Below are positions 48,426 through 61,655 of a DNA stretch of 64,000 bases, one piece after another. The notes beneath the pieces were generated by a model. That model saw only the letters and a list, made by a program, of their open reading frames with translations. It was not told the DNA's origin and made no database searches. The DNA lies in assembly GCA_043228905.1 (NCBI GenBank), contig JBHGNT010000022.1, positions 4,154,001 through 4,218,000 of the forward strand, given 5' to 3'. The translations under genes were made by a program, and so were the position numbers. Source of the stretch: Azolla caroliniana. Lineage: Eukaryota > Plantae > Polypodiophyta. Position 1 is the stretch's first letter. Each line of letters starts with the position of its first letter.

Positions 48426-51400
48426 TGTCAGGAGCAATACTAAGACAGAGAAGTACTGTTAGGAACAATACTAAAACAGAGAAGGAATTAGTACTAAAAG
48501 ATGAGAATTAGTACTAAGGGAGGTGTAGAACTCTCGAGAGAAGGAGAGAGTGAGTGAGAGAGAGAGAGGGAGAGAGAATGAGGATAACAAAAGAGATATA
48601 TTATGCTAAGGGAATATACAATAGTAGCTAGGAGGCTTAAGATTGGCGTTGAACCGATTTGGTTCGAAATAATGCCTTTAGCCTCCTTTTATAGTGTTCT
48701 CAGGAGTAACTCCTGAAGTTTCTACAATGTTCCAGAGAAATCTGGAATATACATCAATTTTCTATAGTAAAACCTAATTGAAAATAATATTCTTCATATT
48801 ACAACATATAGGCTAATGGTCAAGAGCTCGACCCATGTAACCTAAGGTCATGGATTTGAGTCTTGTCATATCATGACATTATCCCACCTTTAAAACAATG
48901 AATCTCACGAGTCGTTTTGGATTGAGGACCCGGTTTGTCTGGATATTGACGATGGAAGTCTTCAAGAAGAGCACGAGCATTGGTCGCATTCTCTATTGGT
49001 TCCCAAGTATGCTTGCTAGGACTATATCCTAGCCAATCGACTAAACAGTAGAGCTTGTTGCGAACAATCTTGGAATCGAGGATGGCGGCAACCTCGTACT
49101 CAGGTCCATCTTCAAGCTCGATCGGGGGTGGAGGTTGTTTAATACGACCTGGGATGGTGTTGTCTTGATAGGGTTTGAGGAGAGAACTATGAAACACCGG
49201 ATGTATCCGAAGTTGTGGAGGTAGATCAAGACGAAAAGCGACATCATTAATTTTTTTGATAATACGGAAAGCACCTAATTGCCGGTAATCCAACTTCTCG
49301 CATGGGCGAGTAGTCTTGATGTGTCATGGTAGTAGCCACACCCGATCTCCAATGTCAAAACTGGATGGAAGCTAATGATGATCCGCGTAAACCTTGTGTG
49401 TTTGTTGAGGTTGTTGTAGTTGAGTAGATAAATCCGCTTGTATCTTACGTAGCCACTCCAAACGATCCTCTGCACAAGGATTTGTGGGTAACTCTAGGGT
49501 TTCAAATACACACCACCGGGGGTGACAACCCGTGTAAGCATAAAATGGTGTCACCTTTGTCGTTGAGTGGATAGAGTTATTATACACAAATTTGGCGAAG
49601 TAGAGAATATCCGCCCAGTCATCTTGATGATAGCTTAAAAAGCACCGAAGATATTGCTCCAGCGTTTGATTTGTTCGTTCTGTTTGGCCGTCTGTTTGGT
49701 CGTCTGTTTGCGGGTGGTAGCCGGAGTAGAGGTTACAAGTGACCTTAAGCATTTTAAAGAGGTGCTTCCAGAACTTTGAAACGAACTGAGGTCCACGGTT
49801 GTTGATGATACTATCGGGAAGGCCATGATGCCGACATACTTCACACATGAGAATTTCGGCAGATTCTTCACTAGAGATTTCCTTAGTACATGGCAGGAAA
49901 TGGGCCATCTTCGTATATTGATCTACTACTGTTAAGATCGCATCGAATCCCTTAGAGACCGGAAGATCTGTGATGAAATCTAGGGCAATGGATTGCCATG
50001 GCTTGCTTGGAATTGGTAATGGTTCTAATAAACCATATAGATGATGCCTTGGCATTTTTGCTCTGCAACATGTATCACAAGTCCGAACAAAATCTTCGAC
50101 AAATTGTTGCATATGGGGCCACCAGAAGGATCGTTGTACTAAATCTAGTGTTTTAGTACTACCAAAATGCCCAACTGTATATGTGTCATGAATGTTTTGG
50201 ACTACTTGAAGGCGACAAGTACCATTCAGAACATACAAGACTTTCTTAAAGAATAGTAATCCATCATGACATTCGAATTGTCAATAGTCCATACCTAGTT
50301 GTTGCGACTGTGAACAAGATGCTCGAAAGGGATCAATTTGTGCTAGAATGGCTTGAGTGAAAACATCTATCTTCAAGTCCTCACGTATGGTATTGATAAC
50401 GTGGGAATCCAGGGCATACCGAAGACCTACGTTGCTAGCAGTCGTGACGGTCCCAAGATTACTTGCTTTTGGTTATCGAAAGCCGGCTCGCCGAGACGCG
50501 GTGCTAGATATGAACACCATGATAATGCATCTGCCTTCCCTTGTTGCTTCCCCAGACGATATGTAATTTTGAAGTCAAAACGAGTGAGGAATTGGGCCCA
50601 CCGAGCTTAACGTTGATTTAAGAAACGAGCATTTTGAAAGTTTTTGTGATCATTTAATACGATGACTTGATGAGAAGACCCCTCTAGAAAATGCCTCCAT
50701 TGCGTAAAAGAGTCCACTATTTCTAATAGCTCCTTATCATGAATTTCATAGTTCATTTCCGCAGCGTCAAACTTGCGTGAATGGAAAGCCACAGGATGTA
50801 GCTTTTCATCCTCGCCTTGTTGAGAAGGAATGCTACCCAAGGCGAAATCCAATGTGTCTGCTTCAATGATGAATGGTTTTTCTGGATCAACATGAGCTAA
50901 AATAGGAGCTGATGTAAATCCCTTCTTAAGACTCTCAAAAGCAATGTCCGCTTCTTCAGACCAAACGAACGATTTTCCCTTCATGGTAAGTTGTGTGAGA
51001 GGCAGAACAAGCTTTAAGTAATCCTGTATGAACTTGCGGTAAAAATTGGCAAAGCCTAAAAAGCATTGCACATCTCGCAACGAACACGGAGTCTGCCACT
51101 CTACCACCATTTTGACCTTAGCTGGATCCATGGAGATGCCTTCCGAGGAAATGACATAGCCTAAAAATTCTACTTGGTTGCACCCGAAACTACATTTTTC
51201 CAGTTTTGCATAAAGACCATGTTCTCGAAGTCATTTTAGTACTAATAGTACATGAGAATCATGCTCTTCTTGGGTCTTTGAATAAACCAGTAGATCATCC
51301 AAATAGATGATCAAACATTCATCCAAGAGATCTCGGAATAACGCATTCTTCCATTCATCTCCTAGTCAGATCCGTACGAGGTTATACGCTCCTCGTAAGT

Positions 51401-53724
51401 CGATCTTTGTGAAGAACCTTTCACCATTGATCTGTTCTCTTGAGATAAGAGGAAGTGCATACCTATTCCTCATGGTGACTTTATTCAACCCACGGTAATC
51501 TACGACGACACGAAGTGATCCATCCTTTTTCTTGATGAAGAAAATGGGTGCGCAAGCTGGAGATTTCGAATGTCGAATGAAACCATTTGCCAAATTCTCC
51601 TCTATATAGGCTCGTAGAACTTCTCGATCAGTTGGTGACAAATTGTAGATCGGTCCCAATGGTGGCTCTTTTCCCGGTTGTAAATCGATGGGGCAATCAT
51701 ACGGTCGATGGTGAGGAAGCGTATTAGCTCGTACTTTATTGAACACATCGGCATAATCACGATACTTCTCTGGAAGTTGAACAGTGGACTCCTTGTTATT
51801 GATATTGGAGGGGTTTACTGATATTGCGAAGAGAAACATTTCTTCCTTGCGTCCTTCCTCACGCAACTGATGTAGCGAAATGGTTGCAATCTTATGAGTA
51901 GATCCTCAGGTTTGTCAACACCGTATTTCTCTTGTTCTCCAATCTATGGCTAGGTTATGTAATTCAAACCATGGTAATCCCAAAACAATGGGATTCTAGG
52001 ATACTAATTATATTAAATGATACTACACACGCTAAGTTATCTAGGACAATATTAACGGGTTCTGACTCTTCTATAATATTCTCGAAAGCAATGGGATGAC
52101 CATCAGTGACTACTACAGAGGCTGGACATGGGAGTTTCTTTAGGGATATTTGATGAGCTTGGGCAAAATTCCTATCAATGAAGCAAGAGTTGGCTCCGGA
52201 ATCTAAGAGTGCTAAGACATGTACTGGAGGAGTACTTGTAGTACTAACCATTACTTGAGCTAAGAACACATTGCTAAGTTGCTTAGAGGAAATGGAACCA
52301 TGAATGGGTTGCACAGATCTAGGGTTGTCCAACCAAACGGCTCCTATTTTGCTGGACTTAATTGTTTAACTGTTCTTCTAGTTGACTAAGGATTTCAAAT
52401 TTGTTTGAAAGGCTTGGGCTATTAGGACTATCAAACACACATAGAGGAATAGACTCGGGTTTAGTACTATTAGTACTAGCGGTTATTTGATTTGCCTGTC
52501 TTTTCGGCCGATGGGGGCAGTTCACTGCAATATGCCCCGGTCCACCGCAATAAAGACATAATCGATTTGCCCTACGTCCCTGCTTTTCTTCTTCCGATAG
52601 TGGTCCGCGATGACGTGTGGTGTCGATTTCCATTGGAGTCGGAGTATTTGTTGGAGACGTACTGAATGACTCCCTTGGGAAAGGCTTTGCTACGATTGAA
52701 GCGTAGGTGGGCTCCTATCTTGTCTGTGGCATTTGGAACTAACGTTCCAAACGTCGTTTGAAGAGGCGATTATCGCATCGCACCGCACAACTGATTGCTT
52801 CTGTCAATGAGTTTGGCTCCTCGGGGAAAGTTAAGATTAAATCTTTAACATCATTACGTAGGCCAAAACGAAATTGCTCCATTAGTGCCTGGTCATCCTA
52901 GGGAATATCGGTGGTGAGAAGACGGAAATCCGCAACATAAGCCGAGGTCAGCCATTCACCTTGGCGCAATCTTGGGATTTTTTTTATTGTTGTTCTAACA
53001 CTGTTGGTATCTCCAAAACAGGCTTTAAACTCGGTAATCAACTCTTCGAAATTATTTAACAAGGGAGAGCTTTTTTCTAACAGGGGGGCGAACCTGCTAA
53101 AGTCATGCCACTAAGTAGAGTGCCTACTAGTCCCACTCGTGATGCATCGGTGAGATATCGAGAAGGATACATTTGAGTGACTAATCATACCTGATTAAGG
53201 AATCCTCTAAATTGTGATTGCGTTCCATCAAATTTGGAAGGCCGATCTTGGGTTCTTTATGAATCCCTTGCGTACTGGGTCCTTGTTGTTGCATCACTAC
53301 TAAGGTTGGTTCGAGTTGTTGCACGCGTACCACTAGTTCCCTATGTTGTTGTCGTGCCTACTGCTTTTCTAAGGAGATTTGTTTAAGATCCCCCAACAAT
53401 CGTTGATTTTCTTGTTCCAAAGCAAGGAACTTCTCTTTCAAGCATTGCGGCTCTGAGAAAACGGATTGATATGCTTGAGCGCTAACAGTGGCCATAGTAT
53501 GAGAGAAAAGAGGAATAAGAGATTAGTATGAAGGGAGGGATAAGTAAGAAGATAAAGAAAGAGAAGGAAGGAGAGATAAAATTGGTTCGAACTGTCAGGA
53601 GCAGTACTAAGACATAGAAGTATTGTCAAGAATAGCACTAAAACAGAGAAGGAATTAGTACTAAAAGATGAGGATTAATACTAAGGCAGGTGTAGAACTC
53701 TCGAGAGAAGGAGAGAGAGAGAAT
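48426..53724 (-). mobile_element. Ty3/gypsy chromovirus, Tcn1/Tf1-sushi-like (element B); 5' LTR interrupted
   Basis: 3' LTR 48426-48878 with PPT AAAGGTGGGATAA; 5' LTR part 53593-53724. gag CLYCGGPGHIAVNC, PR LDSGANSCFID, RT YLDD, RNaseH, INT, chromodomain EYEVAAILDS...VDWLGYSPSKHTWEP. Confidence 0.93.
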
Positions 53725-56495
53725 TGTTGGGAAATTGGTCTCTCCAGATGGGATCCGGGGATTAATAAAGAGGACCCGACGAGAACCGGAAGAGATCCGG
53801 AAACCGAAGGAGAACCGGAGAGAACCGGAAGAGAAGACATATCTGTAAATATGTTTTGAGTAAGCCGTTTGAGGCTATATTTGTAAATAGCCCTAAGTTC
53901 ATATAAGTATAAATATGACTTAGGGCAATCACTTTGTAATGTAGTTGTTGTAACTGTTGTACAGAGAGTGAGAGAGAGAGTGTGTGTGTGAGATACAGAG
54001 AGATACTCTGTTGTAACCGCCGGTTGGCGAAGATATAAAGCTCGAGGTCACTGCCTCCGAGGCTCTGATTGTACCTTTCTCCCATAGTGATAGTTGGAGT
54101 CCGTGGGCTCCCGTGGTTTTTCCCTATTTGGGGGATTTCCATGTAAACATCTTGTGTATTTCCTTTGTGCACTCTCCATTTCCCATTTCTGTGTTTCATT
54201 CTCATAGAAGTGATTCAAGACTCGGTTGGGGCTGAGCAATATTCCGCACTAATCCTCAACAAGTGATATCAGAGCAAACAACACAGGAAATGGAAGAATC
54301 GTTCGACGGCATGTTCAAGCTCACCAGCTCCAACTACTCAGTGTGGAAGTCGAAGATGAGGGATATGTTGGTGGTTAAAGATCTTTGGTTGCCGGTTCAG
54401 TTCGAGGACAAGAGACCGGATAAGATCGACTCCACAGTGTGGGAGGTAATGCACATGAAGATGACGGCATACATCTAGTGCTTCATCGACATGAGCCTGT
54501 AAAACAACTTCAATGAAGACAGCAAGGTTCATGAACTCTAGGAGAAGATCGACATCATGTTCTAGAACAAGAATGTTGTTAATCAGGTTTCGGTATTCCG
54601 GAAGCTAGTGAGGCTCCAGTACCAGGACAATTCTAGTATGGAGGAGCACATGAATGCCTTCCAGGGGCTGATACATCAAGCAACCTCATTGGAAGTACCT
54701 CTTGTCGATGAGGTACTAGCATTGCTCCTACTCGGTTCCCTCCCGGATAGCTGGGAGACGTTAGTTGTCACGTTGGGAAACACCGGGCCGGAAGGAAAAC
54801 AATTGTCCCTAGCAAGGGTAAAATCAAGCTTGCTAGATGAAGAAGCTCGCCGGAAGGACCGAGAGTCCGGAACCGATCCGAAGGCCTTGGTCATGGCAGA
54901 TGACCACAACCGGGGAAGAGCACGGTATCAGAGTCCCCAAAACAGGGACAAATAGGGGACGAGGTCGAAGTCAAGGCGGAGGCCCACGTGCTTCTATTGC
55001 AGGAAGCCGGGACACTTCTAGAAGAACTACCGGCATTTCCGGAAAGAGAAAGAAACTGGCACTACCGATTCGAAGAAGAGTTCGAACCGAAACAGTTCGG
55101 ACCAGAGAGGCCCAGATCGGAAAAGGAACGTCGGCGATCGTGACACATGAAGAAGAACTGATGCTCATTATTGAAGAGAATGAGTTAAACCTTATCAGCG
55201 ACGAGACAACATGGGTTGTCAATTCCGGAGCGTCGTTCTACCTGACACCTGATCGGAAATGCTTCTCATCCTACACAGCCGGTGGTCATGGTTGTGTTCG
55301 GATGGGGAATGAAGGCACATACCGAATTATCAGCATAGGATATGTGTTGTTGGCGACATCAACCGGATGCAAATTGCTACTGAAGTATGTCCGACACGTT
55401 CTGGAGGTTCGACTGAACCTGATATCAGTCGATCAGCGAGATGATGAAGGCTACACGGGTAGCATCCGAAACGACGTTATGAAATTTAGGAAGGGAAGCT
55501 TGATAGTGGCTCGAGCCCGGAAGATCAACACATTGTACTTGATACATGCCAGATATGCCGGGAAGAAGTGAACGTAGCATCCGACACTGCCAGTGAGTTG
55601 TGGCACAAAAGATTGTGTCACATGAGTGAGAAGGGGATAAAGAGGCTTGCCGAAGACAACCTCATCCCGATGAAGGACGTGCAACTTGAGAAGTGCACCG
55701 ATTGCTTGGCCGGTAATCAAAACCAAACCTCCTTCCGGTCAACACCACCGATGAGACGGAATGCACCACTAGAGCTGGTGCATACCGATGTGTGTCAAGT
55801 AAACACGAAGTCACATCCCAGATCGCAGTACTTCATGACGTTCATTGATGACCACAGTCGGAAGCTGTGGGTCTCACCATTGAAGATGAAGGATCAGGTG
55901 TTATCCGTCTTCAAGGAGCTCCACGCTAGAGTGGAAAGAGAAACCGGCTGAAAGTTGAAGGCAGTTCGAGTAGATAAAGGAGGAGAATACCAAGGGCAGT
56001 TTGAGGAGTAATGCTAGTTGAAGGGAATCTGACTCGAGTTTACTGTGCCGAAGACGCCGGAACTAAATAGGCTGGCCGAAAGGATGAACCGGACCATAAT
56101 GGAGAGAGTCTGGAACATGCTAGCACATGCAAAGTTACCCAAGACGTTTTGGGCTGAGGCGCTGACGACGGCGACCTATGTGATAAATAGATCACCCTCA
56201 GCACCCTTGGAAGGAGACTCACCTCAGAAAGTATGGACCGGTAAAGATGTATCTTACCGGCATCTGAAGGTGTTCGGGTGTCTCGCATATGTTCATGTTG
56301 CAAAGGACAAGAGAGCAACACTGGATTCGAAGTCCAGACCATGCATACATACATATTCCTTGGATACGGTGATGATGAGTTCGGTTACCAGGTGTGGGAT
56401 CTGGTCAACAAGAAGGTGTTCTGGAGTCGGGACATAGTCTTCATGGAAGACAGAACCATTGCCGACTAGGAGTCGGAGAAGGTGATGAAGTCTGG
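53725..56495 (+). mobile_element. Ty1/copia (Tnt1/Tork-like) 5' half (element C), interrupted after integrase
   Basis: LTR 53725-54261; PBS TGATATCAGAGC at 54264-54275. gag KLTSSNYSVWKSKM, PR WVVNSGASF, INT HTDVC/FIDD/PKTPELN..AERMNRT. Confidence 0.92.
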
Positions 56496-59400
56496 TGTCG
56501 TAAAGATCCGTCACTACGTGCGGATCGTGAGGCGGAACCATCGGGGTACTAGACTGGAAAGATTCGAAGTTTGCACTAGCTTTAGCAAGAAAGTATTTAA
56601 GATAGATTGAAAGAGAGAGAGATTGAGATAAGATAGAACACTTGACTTTAGATTGAGAGACAAGATTAATACATCACAAAAATGTGATAACGAATTTTCT
56701 TCCTCTTAATATTAATTTTGATATAAAGTACAAAGCTTGCTTGATTAATACATAGCCCATTTTTCCTCTCCATCCTCTCTTTTATAGATGCCCCCATGCA
56801 CATGATGCCTGTGAGGGTGCAAGACATGCATGAGATGCATGTTTGCCATTTGGCGCTCATGTATTACATGTGTTACATGATAACCATGACACTCATTCAA
56901 GCTCTCATGTATGAGAATTTACATGTAAAATGATCAAAGTAAAACTTTTGAAGATATAACTTGGATTAGTGGTAAGCCTATTGACTTTTAACTTGGAGGT
57001 GCAAAGTTCAATTTCTTACTTACACCCCAATATATACAAAATTTTCTTTTACTAGGCTTTTTAGTCTTATTTTTACACCGAAAATCTTCAAAACACCAAG
57101 CACCGCGATCAACCGACCAATCCGTCTATCCCGTACGGTTCATTGCGATCCTATCCGTCGTCGTCTAGTTGTCGTCGCCGTTTGGTTCCGATTCCAATTC
57201 CGTTGTCGTCCAGTCATCGATCCCGATTCCGTCGCCGTCCGGTCCTGGTCCCAGATCCGTCGTCGTCCGTCCAGCTCCGGCTTCATCCAAAACACTATTT
57301 GAATAACTTCATTGCATCCTTTCATCCAAGATATACAACCCAACCTTTTTGTGCTCCTAACACATAGATGAAACATTAAGAGATATGGCTCAACTTATAT
57401 ACTATTGAATCCTGATGTTGTCCTATCTATGTGGGATATCTCATAATTTTGTTTTTCTCTTCTTCTTCTCAAATTTCACATTCACGTAACTTGACATTTA
57501 GCTGTCCATTTCAAATGTAATAAAGTACATTCGAAAGCTCTTGAGGACCTCCATCTTTTTGTACCAAGATATTAAACTAGTATAAAATAGTATCTTCACT
57601 ATTATTGTTTTATGTTGTGTGTGAAGAACCACACTCGATTTTGTACATTCCATTCAATTTTCACACTCTTGGCGAAAATCTTTACGACATCCACCCCCAC
57701 CAAACCGCACGTCCTCCGGTACGTGCCAAGAAGAGAGAGTGTGAGATTTCGGCTATGGTGATCAATCAAATTCCTCCATGTCCTCGTGTACATAACTCAA
57801 GTTTGTAGGTTCCGTCCTACTATCTTCATCGTCGAGGTGATCAAGGTCAAGATCCTCGTCTTGTCTTTTCTTGAAAATCTTTACTCTTTTTCCCGCAATG
57901 GGTATGGCCAACCTTGATCCATCTAGCTCCGCAAGGTGGTATGTGGCATTGTCGTTGGCACTTATCATTACATATGGTCTGAACCATCTTCTTGCGAACT
58001 TCCTTGTTGTATTGTGTTGATTGTCAAGGCTATTGTCGTAGACCAATACCCAATCTCCTTCTTCGATCTTCTTGGGACGCAGTTGATGTGTGTTGTCGAA
58101 CCGAATTTTGTTCTTCACTCGGGCTGCCTCCATCATCTTTCGCGCTTTATCTAGATCTTCAGGTCTTCTTTCAAGTTGCCTTATCCGTGCCGCTAATAAT
58201 TCTTCTCGGCTCATCTTGTTCTCCCATGGTATCGCTACCCATGAGGCGAACGTCCTTTCAATGGGCATTACCGGCTTTTGTCCATACATAAGCTCCATTG
58301 GCATATACCCCGTCACTAAACTATGTGTAGTTCTGTCGGCCGACAAGGCATAGAGGGCAATAGTCGTGGCCAATTCCCGACTCGACCATTGCATGCTCGT
58401 ACGATGGCTTTGACGATTGGTCCATGCCCTCGCTCGATCTTCCCATTCGCTTCTGGATTGTAGGTAGTCATGAGGGAGAGCTTCACGCCTATTCATTCGA
58501 AGAGCTCCGTTGCTTCGTGTGCATCCAACTCCCCTCGGTCGGCCACTATCTTTCCTGTCCTTGTTTTTGGGTGTCGCCAAAGGAATCCTCCCCTCAAGAA
58601 GTATTGGTAAGCTTTCTTCCAGATTCGTAGAGCCTACTCCTTCGTCAATGAAGCATCCGTCGTCATTGTTCTTAAGAATCTGCCGATTAGTAACCACTCT
58701 CCTTCGTACTCTTCCTCGTTGAAGGCATGGAGGCTTAGCGTGCCCTTGTCTTCTGCCGATAGTTGAGCCATCTTGAAGAAGTCGAGGGTGACGTCTTCAT
58801 CTTCCGAAACCATGTAACCTTCATTCTCAAATCTTGCCCTCGACAGCATGTCAGCCATGGTGTTCTTCTTCCTTCCAATGTGGCGGATCTCAGGGCTTAA
58901 TGATTTGATATAGGCGATCCACCTTAGCATAGCTAGATCTAGGGTCGCACATCCTGAGATCAACCCGAGGATTAGGAGACAATTTGTCTCAATTATAACT
59001 TCCGACTCGATCAGGTAGTCTTTGTCCGTCTTCACTGCCGACACAATACCCCAAAGTTCCCACTTGACTTGGGCGTATCCTCATTGTCATTCGCTGAGAA
59101 CCTTTGCTCCGAACCGGATGGCATACCACGCATTATCTTCTCCTTCTTGGTTGATGACCCACCCGATTTCGATTGGGCTCGTATCTACAGTCACATAAAT
59201 TGGCTTCCCTTCGGTATAGTCGGCCTTTCTTAGTGTTGGAGCTTCAAGAAGTAGTTTCTTCAATCTTCGCATCGCGTTTGTGTGCTCGTCTCGCCATTCA
59301 AACTTCATTCTTTTCTTTAGCAATCCATATAAAGTCTCGGCGACATGAGCGTAGTGCGAAATTCAGATATGATAAAACGCGCAAGCTCCAAGGAACCTTC

Positions 59401-60930
59401 GAACCTCCGTTTGGTTTACGCATTCTTCTTTCATATCCTGGATCACGTTCACCTTGGATGGCAAAGGCTTCTGGCCGTATGCTCCGCACAAGTGACCTAC
59501 CACCAAGATCTTTGGTTTCCCAAATGCGGATTTTTCTCCCGAAAATGTCAAATTCGCATCTTCGAGCCTTTGGAGCACCTTCTCGCAATCTTTCATATGA
59601 TCCACGGCGAACTTTCTACACCCTTCCTTATCTTTAGATTCATCCTTCTCCTCATCCGAACATCCTTTTATCGGAATATCATCCAAGAATGGCATCGTGA
59701 TGTCCGGGATGCAATCCATCAAGACCTTGTTCATGGCATTCACCATATGAGCCACCAAGTTCGTTGCACCTTGAGCCAAGGTACACATCTGCACAAGCCC
59801 GATCGAAGTCCTCATGGTTGTAATGTCACGATTGTTGATCGCCAACTGGAATTGGTTGTATCCAGGGTAGAGATCGCCAATGGAGTAGATGGACCGCCCC
59901 ACAAACGCTTCGGCAAATTCGTCCACACTCGCACAGATTCCAGCATTCCGAATTGTCACCTTGTTGACGGGTTGAAGATCTTGGATGAATCGCAATGATC
60001 CATTCTTCTTCGGCACCGTGAACCACCTATTAGAATAGGGAGTATTCAACGGTTCCAAAATACCCATAGTCAGCTTCTCCTTTAAGAGCTCCATCAGCTT
60101 CGGTAGGTGTGCTCTCGGAATCCGTATCGGTTTCAAATTCCAAGGCACATGCGGCGCCGTGAAGATCACCATCGGCTCTATCATCTTTGGATCAGCACAT
60201 CCGATTTCTTGTGGGAAAAATGCAAAAGCCTTCCCATGTCTCTCAAGCATGTCACAAAACGTTCGCTCCTCTTGAGGGAGGAGGAAATCCTCCCTTCCAA
60301 CTCGTAGCTTTCCTTTCATCTCTTCGGTGAAGACATGACCTATTGCCTTTGGATCTCTTAAGCTTGGATCGTTAGCGACTTTCTTCATCTTTTGCTAGCT
60401 ATCTTCTGGTAGCGGAACCACAACTGGCTTGATCTTCTTATCCACCGTTTTATATTTTGTGTTGACTTCCACTTCCTCCATCAAGATGCCACGATGATAT
60501 TCATCGATGATAGTGTACATGTTGATGGAGTTAACCGAAATCACGTGTCGATCGTGAAGATAGCTCAAGTCCACGATGTCCTCGATTTCGCCGATGGTGT
60601 CATCAAATGAGGCTTCTTCCATAATATGAGTCACGAACTCTTCTTCTTCCATTATGTTTTCTTCTTTCAGCATCTTCTCGAAAACTTGTATTTGACGCTT
60701 GTCCTTCTTGTCGAGTAGTACTAGTTTACATGCGCCACTAGGTGTGACACATGTTGCTTCTCCTCACAATCCACATGCTCTACCTTCTTGTGGGGACTTG
60801 TGATCCCTCAGACTATTTGTGCCCCATGCTTTAATAGTCTGCTCTAAAAATCCGAGGTTTCGCCTCCAAGACTATCTCGATTTCTTTCATGATTAGCTCG
60901 CACCGTTAGGAATTGAACAGATCTTTGATT
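56496..60930 (-). mobile_element. Ty3/gypsy non-chromovirus element D1 (PR tail, RT, RNaseH, partial INT, 3' LTR)
   Basis: LTR 56496-57689 bounded by a 12-bp inverted repeat TGTCGTAAAGAT/ATCTTTACGACA, followed by a G-rich PPT on minus. RT ORF 59363-60388 is closely homologous to the ORF at 2218 (FLDDIPIKG). Confidence 0.9.
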
Positions 60931-61655
60931 GTCAAGACACTTGATTTCTTTCATTAGTCAACTAAAACATGCCACTATAACATGTTTCTTTCCTTCACTT
61001 AGGAGTATCATTTCATGTCTATATCTAGGTGTGCTAAATAGAGGTGTGACATTAACTTATCAATGTGAATTATACACATATATAGAAAACATATATAGAA
61101 AGCATATTTCATGTGTAAGAATCACATGAAATAGGAAGAGTCAAATGATCCATCTATCTCAAGGTGACATCTCTAAAGTGTGTGGTTGATTGTGGAAGGA
61201 CAATATAGAGAGAGCCAACCCTCTCAATATACCAATACTAACTTAACTAAGACTCAATAAGGATGATTGCTTGAAATTTGAAATTTCCAAGGTGCGTTTC
61301 TGGAATTCTCTTGCTCATCTATCGAACAAAGTCTAGACCTACACCATGGTGAGAACCAAACCAAAAAATTGTTTTACTATAATAAAAGTCATCAAAATAT
61401 TGATGTCCAACATAAGCAAGTAGCATTGGGAAGAAAGGAATGTCATCATATGGTGCCTGGTCAATGGAATCAAAGGCCAAGGCCTATGATTTAGAGCATA
61501 AGAAGTAGAATATAGTTGGATTCCTTAACTCTAGTTATGTGAATTAATTGTTAAGGGAAATAATGCCATAGTTATTGAGTTGTAGCAAACCCTAGGTGGT
61601 TTGGTATTTCTAATCTCAAATACTGCTCATATGCCAAATGTATTATGTATATAGA

